Notes under the pieces: generated by a model | Told to the model about the DNA's origin: nothing | The model's database searches: none | What the model saw: only the letters and a program-made list of their open reading frames with translations | Source of the DNA: a virus | Taxonomy: Duplodnaviria > Caudoviricetes | DNA length: 54,723 nt | Direction: 5' to 3' (one strand) | Virus record (IMG/VR): IMGVR_UViG_3300037423_001046 | Coordinates: 1-54,723 of that record | Part shown: positions 1-6,867 of the stretch, in pieces | How positions within the stretch are numbered: the first letter of the stretch is position 1 | Layout: the number at the start of each line of letters is the position of its first letter | Program-made: the position numbers and the translations under genes

Positions 1-141
1 TCCCAATCGAGGGGTCGCCAGTAGGCCACCAGCGTGACACCTCACACGAAGTGTGCCACATGAGGTCACAGAAGTACCACCACCGGCACCACCCCCGAAC
101 CCGTACAGACCGCAAGACGCAGCCCACTACGGTCGGGGTTT
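1..141. repeat. Terminal direct repeat, left copy (circularisation overlap)
   Basis: 1-141 identical to 54583-54723 except C127 vs A54709. Confidence 0.95.
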
Positions 142-176
142 TGGGGGTGGGGGAGGGGTGTACCCCCTGGGGGTAT
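100..176 (-). other. Candidate cos/packaging end region
   Basis: G/C homopolymer runs (GGGGGTGGGGGAGGGGTGTACCCCCTGGGGG) upstream of HNH-terS-terL; resembles sequences near actinophage cohesive ends; inference. Confidence 0.4.
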
Positions 177-227
177 GCGTCCGAGTCGAACGTGTGTGCG
201 ATCGAATGGTCGTTCGGTTATCGGTCG

Positions 228-290
228 CGCGCGTGCGTGTGTGCGCGTCCGTGTGCGCCTACGTGCGTGCGTGCGTGCGTGTGCGCTCGC
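228..290. repeat. Alternating purine-pyrimidine (GTGC)n/GT low-complexity tract
   Basis: GCGTGCGTGTGTGCGCG...CGTGCGTGCGTGCGTGCGTGTGCGC. Confidence 0.8.
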
Positions 291-444
291 ACCCTGCCGG
301 CGCGGTGTGTCGTCGACGTTGGCGCGGTGGGCGGCCGGATGTGTGCGAGGTGTGGTGTGTGCCAGCTCGTTACGTTCGGGCGCGCCAGCTGGCGACGGCC
401 GGCGAGCTGGCGGGATGGCGCGGAGCGCTCGTGACTTTTTTCGT

Positions 445-481
445 TTCCGTGTTGCGTTCCGTGTTGCGGGTATGTCATGAT
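445..481 (+). promoter_or_regulatory. Putative promoter of the terminal module, overlapped by a tandem 12-bp repeat
   Basis: TTCCGTGTTGCG x2 (445-456, 457-468); TTGCGT(452)-18 bp-CATGAT(476); T-run upstream. Confidence 0.45.
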
Positions 482-533
482 CGGACCACACCACACACCG
501 CGGCGCCGGCCGCACCACACCACAGGGGTAGCT

Positions 534-1475
534 ATGACGATCACGATTCAGGGTCACGAGCTCACGGAAGCGGAGCGGTCCGTTTACGAGCGGGCGGCGG
601 ACCGCTCCCGTACCGCCTACGTTCGGAAGCACGGCGGTCCGGCCGTCGACGTTGCGGACTATCGGACGGGCGGAGACTGGCGGAGCGACAAGGCGCGCGA
701 GGTCGCCGTAGGCATGGTGCGCGCGGCCGCGGAGGAGTGGCGCGCGGAGCACCTCGAGCGACGCGAGGCGGCCGCGGTGCGTGCGGGCGAGACTGCCGTG
801 GTCAAGCGACTCCGGCAGCTGGCGGATGTGTTCGGGGACAGTGAGGCGGCCGCGCGGCTCGAGGTGCTCAAGCCTGCAAAGGTGACGCGCCGGCCGGCCG
901 CGGGTAAGGCGACGCGTAAGCCTGTCGCGCGTAAAGCTGGCAAGCCTGCCGTGGCGCCCGTGGTCGAGACTCCGGCGCCTGTCGACGTTCCGGCCGCGGA
1001 GGTGCCGGCCGCGGAGGTGCCGGCCGCGGATGTGTGGGCGCCGGAGGTTCGGCATCATGGCGCGGAGGTTCGTATCGGTGCAAGTGTGACCACGGGCCCG
1101 CTGTGCGTGATGGCGGACCGCGTGACTTGGGCGGATGTGCGGATCACGCCCGGAACGATGACGTGCGACGCGTGCGCGGAGGTGCTGGCGAGGCTCGAGG
1201 GTGACGCGCCGGCGCCGGCCGCGGATGTCACGGTTTACGGGCCCGACGGGCGAGCTATCTGCAGTGTGCCGAACCTCGCGCCCGTCGACGTTCCCGCGGC
1301 GCCTACGGCGACCGTTCCGGACACTGTGCCGGCGCCTATGCCGCGGATGACGCGGGCGGCGCGTCGCATCTCTAACCGTGACCTCGCCGCGCGGATGCGC
1401 GCCGCGGGTATCGCGATCACGCCCGAATCGTGGGCGGCCGCTAAAGCTGGCGAGCTCGAGGGTATCGGCGCCTAA
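534..1475 (+). CDS. Hypothetical protein with basic/PAAEV-repeat linker, Cys motif and shared C-terminal tag
   Basis: ATG after CACAGGGGTAG leader; 15-bp tandem repeats 987-1031; C-terminus NRDLAARMRAAG..ESWAAAKAGE. Confidence 0.8.
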   Translation: MTITIQGHELTEAERSVYERAADRSRTAYVRKHGGPAVDVADYRTGGDWRSDKAREVAVGMVRAAAEEWRAEHLERREAAAVRAGETAVVKRLRQLADVFGDSEAAARLEVLKPAKVTRRPAAGKATRKPVARKAGKPAVAPVVETPAPVDVPAAEVPAAEVPAADVWAPEVRHHGAEVRIGASVTTGPLCVMADRVTWADVRITPGTMTCDACAEVLARLEGDAPAPAADVTVYGPDGRAICSVPNLAPVDVPAAPTATVPDTVPAPMPRMTRAARRISNRDLAARMRAAGIAITPESWAAAKAGELEGIGA

Positions 1476-1562
1476 CGCGTGGCGCCCGGGCGCAATGTGT
1501 CCGGGCGCCGCGTGATCGGCGAACGATCACACACCACACCACACATGACAAGGGGTAGGACG

Positions 1563-2024
1563 ATGAGGGTTTCGAGCATGTTGGTAGCGGCCGCGGTGTC
1601 GTGGGTCGCGGTCCTAGGCGGAGCGATCGGCGCGCAGTCGCTCGCATGGTCGCCGGCGTCGCATCTCGTGCCGGCGGCGGCCGCGGCGGAGGCTCACGCG
1701 CCGGCGCCGCGCGGGAGCGTTCGTCAGGTAGAACCGGCGGACGTGATCGCGCGGGACGGTGCGCGGCTCCGCGTGACGTACCTCGAGCGGTACGGGAACG
1801 GTCGCGCGTGGCTCGAGGTGTCTGACGGTTCGGCGTACCGCGTGCGCGGAGGTGTCCGGCCGTGCGCCGCGGAGGATTCGGCGGGCCCGTGCGTGTGGGA
1901 CGCGCGTCACCGGGGGAACGGGCGCGGACGTTCGTTCATGGTGCTGCCGGGCGAGCGGGTCGCGTACCTGTCGCACCGCGGTGCGCACGAGCTCGCCGGC
2001 GACTACCGGAGGGCCGGGCGATGA
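1563..2024 (+). CDS. Secreted/membrane-anchored hypothetical protein
   Basis: N-terminal hydrophobic segment; PCAAEDSAGPCVWDA..GNGRGRSF motif; leader repeat upstream. Confidence 0.75.
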   Translation: MRVSSMLVAAAVSWVAVLGGAIGAQSLAWSPASHLVPAAAAAEAHAPAPRGSVRQVEPADVIARDGARLRVTYLERYGNGRAWLEVSDGSAYRVRGGVRPCAAEDSAGPCVWDARHRGNGRGRSFMVLPGERVAYLSHRGAHELAGDYRRAGR

Positions 2025-2239
2025 TCGCGGGTCCGGGCGCGTGCCGGCCGTGCGCGGCGTGCGGCGTGCGCGTGACGAACGAACCTCACGGATGGCAGGC
2101 GCAATTCCACGCACGGTGCGCGGGCACTGCGGACGGTCGCCACGTGCCGGCGGAGGTCCGGGCGGAGGTGCTCCGCCGGAATGGCGAGCGGGTGCCCGGG
2201 CGGCAGCGGCGAGCGCTGGCGGACCGTATCGGCGCCTAG
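2021..2239 (+). CDS. Small Cys/His-rich hypothetical protein
   Basis: ATGA overlap with previous stop; CRPCAAC...HARC. Confidence 0.6.
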   Translation: MIAGPGACRPCAACGVRVTNEPHGWQAQFHARCAGTADGRHVPAEVRAEVLRRNGERVPGRQRRALADRIGA

Positions 2240-2360
2240 TGGTCACGCGTGCGGCCGGATGGCTCGAGGACTCCGGCCGGCGCGCGAGACACCTAGACGG
2301 CAGTCTCACGAATCGCTTAGTAGGCAGCTTCACCACACCACACGAGACAGGGGTAGAACG

Positions 2361-3464
2361 ATGACGACCACGACCACGACCACGGTTGACCACGAGATGA
2401 CCCGCGCGGCGCTGGCGGAGCAGGCGGCCGCCTTCATTGCCAATCCGGCCGGATGGCCCGCGGCGATGGCAGCTCGAGCGCTCCGCGTGCGTGCCGGACA
2501 TCCTGCGTACTCACCCACGAATCAAGCGCTTATCGTCTGCCAGCTGTGGGCGCGTTTCGAGCGGTCCGGCATGACTGAGGATGACGCGTTCGCCGCGGCG
2601 ATCGATGCGGCCGGCGGCGAGCTCGCACCGCGCGGTGTGTGGAAGTCGCGCGGATTCTCGCCCGTCGGCGCCCCGCTATCGATCTGGTCGCGCCCCATTC
2701 CGATGTGGGTGCACCCGATCACGGGTGAGCGGTGCGACAAAGACACTGCCGGCGCGGTTCAGCGGACCGTGTTCCGGATGGAACGGACGTATCTGCCGGA
2801 GGATGTCCGCAATGAGGCGGGCGAGACGGGCGCGGCCGCGTTCGTGGCGCCGGAGCTGCCCGCGGGCGCGGCGCGTGACGCGTTCGATCGTCTGTCTGCG
2901 TGGATTAGTGGGCAGGGTTGGCGGGTGAAGCGGACCGGGCGCGAGATGGCGGAGTCTGGGCACACGGTGCACGCGGCGCGGGCGATCACTGTGCACGGTG
3001 GTCTCACGGAGTGGGCCGCGGTCGAGACACTGGCCCACGAGATCGCGCACGCACTGTTGCACGGCGCCGACGATGACCGCCCGTATGCGGGTGAGCACCG
3101 CGGCGACATGGAGGCGGAGGCGGAGGCGGTCGCGTTCGGTCTGTTGACCGCGTTCGGACAGGGCGAGCTGGCCCGCGGCTCCGCGCGGTACGCGGTGGAG
3201 TGGGCGCGCACGCCGGAGCGGGTCGCGGTCGCATACGAGCGGGCGTCACACGTGTTGGATGCGCTCGTGGCGGTCGCTATGGGCGCGGAGGATGTCGCGG
3301 TGCGTGAGTCCGGGAAGGCGGCCAAGCTCGCCGCGAAGGCGGACAACAAGCGGATCGCGGCGGAGCTCCGTGACGCGGGACTCGAGCCGCGTGGCGAGGC
3401 GTGGCGACGGGCGAAGGCTGGCGAGGCGGTCGCGGACATCGTGCGGGACCTCGCCAGCGCCTAG
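2361..3464 (+). CDS. ArdC-like anti-restriction protein (ssDNA-binding N-domain plus zincin metalloprotease-like domain)
   Basis: YSPTNQALI motif typical of the ArdC N-terminal domain; TLAHEIAHALLH (HExxH) followed by EAEAEAVAF. Confidence 0.75.
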   Translation: MTTTTTTTVDHEMTRAALAEQAAAFIANPAGWPAAMAARALRVRAGHPAYSPTNQALIVCQLWARFERSGMTEDDAFAAAIDAAGGELAPRGVWKSRGFSPVGAPLSIWSRPIPMWVHPITGERCDKDTAGAVQRTVFRMERTYLPEDVRNEAGETGAAAFVAPELPAGAARDAFDRLSAWISGQGWRVKRTGREMAESGHTVHAARAITVHGGLTEWAAVETLAHEIAHALLHGADDDRPYAGEHRGDMEAEAEAVAFGLLTAFGQGELARGSARYAVEWARTPERVAVAYERASHVLDALVAVAMGAEDVAVRESGKAAKLAAKADNKRIAAELRDAGLEPRGEAWRRAKAGEAVADIVRDLASA

Positions 3465-3513
3465 TAGGCAGCTTTCACACACCACAGACGACACACGAGA
3501 CAGGGGTAGGGCT

Positions 3514-3999
3514 ATGAATACACCGGAGGCGCGGCGCGCGGCGGAGCGTGCGGCAGGCGGGATCGGTGCCACGGCGGACGATCGGCGGGCACTCGACCGG
3601 CGGGCGGGGAACACGTTCGGTACCACGGCCGCGGAGCGGCGGGCGATGGCGCGCGGCGGGCAGGTGCGGGCATCGCTCGAGGCGGCCGCACCGGTGATAG
3701 GGCACGCGACGCACTACGGCGACGGAAGCTGGCGCGCGGCTGGCGACGGGTGGACAGTCACGGGGAACGGGTCACGGGCGGAGATGGTCGCGGCGCTCGA
3801 GCGTCACGGATACAAGCTCACGCACTGGCGGAGCGTTTCCGGAGTCGCCTATGACGGTCCGGACGGGCCCGTCTATTCCGACATGGCGCGGGTGATGGAC
3901 GGCCGGACGTGCACGTCGTGCGGGCCCGTGTCTCTCGACCTGTCGGATTACGCACAGTGCAGCGGGTGCGGCCGGTTCATGTTCCACGCGGCCGGCTAG
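3514..3999 (+). CDS. Hypothetical protein with C-terminal zinc ribbon
   Basis: Leader repeat; internal repeats (TADDRRAL/TAAERRAM); CTSC...CSGC. Confidence 0.75.
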   Translation: MNTPEARRAAERAAGGIGATADDRRALDRRAGNTFGTTAAERRAMARGGQVRASLEAAAPVIGHATHYGDGSWRAAGDGWTVTGNGSRAEMVAALERHGYKLTHWRSVSGVAYDGPDGPVYSDMARVMDGRTCTSCGPVSLDLSDYAQCSGCGRFMFHAAG

Positions 4000-4105
4000 T
4001 AGGCAGCTTTTCGGATCCGATCCCAACGAGTCGCGCCCGGTCCGCGTGAGCGGGCGCCGGCTCGAGCCGATCGGCTCACACACCACACGAGACAGGGGTA
4101 GGACG

Positions 4106-4537
4106 ATGACGAACAGCACGGATGTTCGCGAGCTCGAGAGGCAGGCGGCCGAGCTGGCGCCGCAGATTCGCGAGGTGCTCGCCGGGGTCGCGGATGTCGC
4201 GGCTGGCCGCGTGCCCGCGTATCGGGTACGGCGGGTGCTCGAGGATCGCGGGACGATCGTGCGCAACCCTGCCCGGGACGCGCACCGGTTGGACGATGGC
4301 GACACGGACGACCCGCAGGCGGTTACGTCGCGGTGCCGATGCGGCGCCGCGTTCGGACCGTTCGGCCCCGCGGTTGTCGACGGGGTCGAGTGTGACGGTA
4401 TCGACGTTGCGCTAGGTGCGCTCGAGGCGCACGCAGCGCGGGAGCTGGCCGACGTGCCGCGGTACGTGTTCACGCCGGCGGGTGAGCGTTTCGCGCGGCA
4501 GGCGCGCCGGTTCGGCATGCCCGGTGGTGTCCGGTGA
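4106..4537 (+). CDS. Hypothetical protein
   Basis: Leader repeat; CRCG...H motif. Confidence 0.75.
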   Translation: MTNSTDVRELERQAAELAPQIREVLAGVADVAAGRVPAYRVRRVLEDRGTIVRNPARDAHRLDDGDTDDPQAVTSRCRCGAAFGPFGPAVVDGVECDGIDVALGALEAHAARELADVPRYVFTPAGERFARQARRFGMPGGVR

Positions 4538-4743
4538 GCGCGGCGGATGCGCGGATCCGGGCGGCGAGGACGTACACGCTGCAGCGGTGGGCAGCGCAGG
4601 CGGACAACGGGGCCGCGCGGTGGCGTCGACAGGTGCCGACGGGTTATCTGGCGGCCGCGATGAGTACCTATCTCGAGACGCGGGCGGCGATCCTCGCGGA
4701 ACTCGAGCGCCGCGGCGCGCCGCCGGTGGGTGGTGCATGGTGA
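4534..4743 (+). CDS. Hypothetical protein
   Basis: GTGA coupling to previous gene. Confidence 0.6.
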   Translation: MSAADARIRAARTYTLQRWAAQADNGAARWRRQVPTGYLAAAMSTYLETRAAILAELERRGAPPVGGAW

Positions 4744-4925
4744 ACGCGCTCGAGGTCGGCGCGACGGTCGCCGGCGTGTGGGTGGTGCTGGCGGTGGTCG
4801 CGTTCGGGGTGGCCGTCCTGGGGGCGCGTGAGTGCCCGCGGGTGGCGCCGATGGAAGGGGCGCGGCGGGTGTCCGCGCTAGATGGCAGCTTGACGAAACG
4901 CACGGAAGAGAGGATCGAACGATGA
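4737..4925 (+). CDS. Small membrane protein
   Basis: One TM segment (VGATVAGVWVVLAVVAFGVAVL); coupled to neighbours. Confidence 0.55.
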   Translation: MVNALEVGATVAGVWVVLAVVAFGVAVLGARECPRVAPMEGARRVSALDGSLTKRTEERIER

Positions 4926-5227
4926 GCGAGCACCGGACACACGTCGATGTGTCGGAGGACGGGACCACCATCCGCGCGGCGTGCGGGTGTGGGTGGTCCG
5001 GGTCGGAGGTGCCGGCTGGTGACGGTCGCGCCCGTGATGAGGCGAAGCAGCACCGCGGGGTGAGTCTGCACATGACGGAGACGGAGCCTTACTCCGATCC
5101 GGACGTCGGTACGGGGTGGGTTGTGCGGTGTCGGTGTCTGTGGTCGTCGGGGCCGCACGAGGACCGCGGCGAGGCGAGGCGCATGGGTGACTGGCACCTC
5201 GAGCAGACGAACCGGCCGGCCGTCTGA
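4922..5227 (+). CDS. Hypothetical protein with tandem CxCxW...H zinc-finger-like units
   Basis: CGCGWSG..AKQH and CRCLWSSG..GDWH; RBS GAGAGG. Confidence 0.65.
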   Translation: MSEHRTHVDVSEDGTTIRAACGCGWSGSEVPAGDGRARDEAKQHRGVSLHMTETEPYSDPDVGTGWVVRCRCLWSSGPHEDRGEARRMGDWHLEQTNRPAV

Positions 5228-5487
5228 TGTCCGCGGCTAGTAGGCAGCCCGACGAGCTGGCGCCCGTGTTCCGCGAGGTCCAGGTGCCGGCGTGCCAGGA
5301 CCACGACGGGCGCGCATCGGTGCGGGTCACTCTGTTGTGGGAGTGTCCGCGGTGTGGTGGTCCGCGGGGCGAGGTGCACCGGACCATCTCCTACGACGGG
5401 TCGCGGCGCCTTGAGTGTGACGGGTGGTCGAATCCGTGCGGGCACACGGACTTTTACGCCGACGTGCGGCGCGAGGCCGGGATCTAG
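5227..5487 (+). CDS. Small Cys-rich hypothetical protein
   Basis: TGATG coupling; CPRCGGPRG..WSNPCGH. Confidence 0.7.
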   Translation: MSAASRQPDELAPVFREVQVPACQDHDGRASVRVTLLWECPRCGGPRGEVHRTISYDGSRRLECDGWSNPCGHTDFYADVRREAGI

Positions 5488-5717
5488 ATGGCAGCCTCAC
5501 GAAACGGCGCGGCCCGGGCCGGTGCATCCCCGGGGTAGACCTGGGATGCCCGTGCCCGGGCTACTTCGCGGGGGCCGGACACCACACCCGGCTGGTCCCA
5601 CGCGATCCGCACACTACAGCACTTTCCGCAACACAACACGAGACACCGGTATGGCATCCTAGAAGGGAGCTTCACATGTCGCTCACGAACACTGACGCGT
5701 TGATCGGAGTGCACCTC

Positions 5718-5912
5718 ATGGCCGTGACGGACGAGACCAAGCTCCCGCGTATCGGTCGCCCTCCGAAGCCGGCCGACGAGGTGAAGCGGTCGCGCACGTT
5801 CCGGATCAGTGATCCGGAGTGGGAGGCAGCTGTCGCCCGGGCGAAGGCGGACGGCCTGGACATCGGCCAGGTGATCCGGCACTACCTCCGCGCCTATGTC
5901 GACAACGGCTAG
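5718..5912 (+). CDS. Ribbon-helix-helix DNA-binding protein
   Basis: GRPPKP..RTFRISDPEWEAAVARA..G..IGQVIRHYLRAYV. Confidence 0.75.
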   Translation: MAVTDETKLPRIGRPPKPADEVKRSRTFRISDPEWEAAVARAKADGLDIGQVIRHYLRAYVDNG

Positions 5913-5965
5913 ATGGCAGCTTTGGGCTATTCCCGGGCGGGTGGGGCGCGCGTATCGTCCGCGGC

Positions 5966-6184
5966 ATGACTGAGACGAGCTCGGGCCGGTCGGCCACGTG
6001 GAACCCTGCAGACGCGTCCCCGCTGGGGTGGATCCTTGTCGGCGTGCTGGTCGCCGCGGTTGGGGTGTGGGTCGAGGCGTCTGCGCACGCGCTCGGCCTC
6101 GCGTTGGTTGGCCTGGGTGCGTTGCCGGCGCTCGTGGGTGTGGTGGCCTACGGCGTCGAGATCGGCACCCGGCGCGCTAGGTAG
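5966..6184 (+). CDS. Small membrane protein, probably leaderless
   Basis: Two hydrophobic helices; TATCGT 7 nt before the ATG. Confidence 0.65.
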   Translation: MTETSSGRSATWNPADASPLGWILVGVLVAAVGVWVEASAHALGLALVGLGALPALVGVVAYGVEIGTRRAR

Positions 6185-6794
6185 CAGTTTCTTCGATCGG
6201 CGTGACGTTCGTGAGCCATCGCCGGCGGAAGTGTCCGTAGCGGTTGAGCTCGCGGATCTGCTCGTCGTTGGCCTGCTCGAGCGTGTTGATCACGTCGTCT
6301 TTCCCGTAGTGGGCGAGGTCGCTGGCGATGTGGCGGTCGAGTCCCCGCTGCATGAGCCGGTAGCACCGTTCCGCGCGGGCGAGACGCGCTCGCTCGCGCT
6401 CGATCCACCGTTCCGCCTCACGCTTGAGGTCGATAGGTGGCAGCTCCGGGGTCGCTCCCGTGATCTCGTCGTGCAGGTTGAGCGGCAGGAACACCTGAAG
6501 CTGGTAGATCCTCGGCTCCGATAGCTCGTCGCGACGCGGTTCCCCGCGCTCGGTGCACGCGGTTACGACGATGACGTCGTAGCCGCGAGCGACTCGGCCG
6601 CCGGGCGGTAACCCGTCCTCGAGTCGGGGCGGGGCGATCGACTCGAGGTGCACCATGTAGCCGTCGCGGCCGCGGTAGTAGGTGCGGTAGGTCGTGCTGC
6701 TGGCGGCGACTTGGTCGGGGCTGAGGCCGAAGTAGCGGCCGATCGCTGCGAGCTCGGGCACGTTGACGATCGGTTGCTGGATCGGCGTGCTCAT
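6177..6794 (-). CDS. Hypothetical protein
   Basis: 205-aa ORF ending the early operon. Confidence 0.7.
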   Translation of the reverse strand: MSTPIQQPIVNVPELAAIGRYFGLSPDQVAASSTTYRTYYRGRDGYMVHLESIAPPRLEDGLPPGGRVARGYDVIVVTACTERGEPRRDELSEPRIYQLQVFLPLNLHDEITGATPELPPIDLKREAERWIERERARLARAERCYRLMQRGLDRHIASDLAHYGKDDVINTLEQANDEQIRELNRYGHFRRRWLTNVTPIEETAT

Positions 6795-6867
6795 CGGTTC
6801 ACCAGTGCGGCGATGATCGCTCCTGCGAATCCGCCGATGAAGCCGCAGACCACTGCGTATCGGAATC

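Larger units (their letters stand above)
511..4105 (+). repeat. Start-associated leader repeat CACACCACAC(GAGA)CAGGGGTAG
   Basis: Copies directly upstream of ATGs at 534, 1563, 2361, 3514, 4106; partial copy near 5631; remote copy near 27535. Confidence 0.9.
2293..6190 (+). repeat. Dispersed co-oriented CTAG box family, consensus CTAGWWGGCAGC(YTSACGAA)
   Basis: Copies start at 2293, 2317 (TTAG), 3461, 3996, 4878, 5237, 5484, 5659 (variant), 5909, 6177 (variant); none seen elsewhere. Confidence 0.9.

Noticed and set aside
51-480. Cys/Val/Arg-rich ORFs at the left end
   Set aside because: Translations of a low-complexity GT tract with no RBS; likely non-coding.
2293-6190. CTAG boxes or leader repeats as a CRISPR array
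   Set aside because: Spacing is irregular (24 bp to over 1 kb), the intervals are genes, and no cas genes are present.
2293-6190. Classical integron attC cassette array
   Set aside because: The boxes lack RYYYAAC/GTTRRRY ends and long imperfect palindromes, and the only integrase is a prophage type with its own attP.
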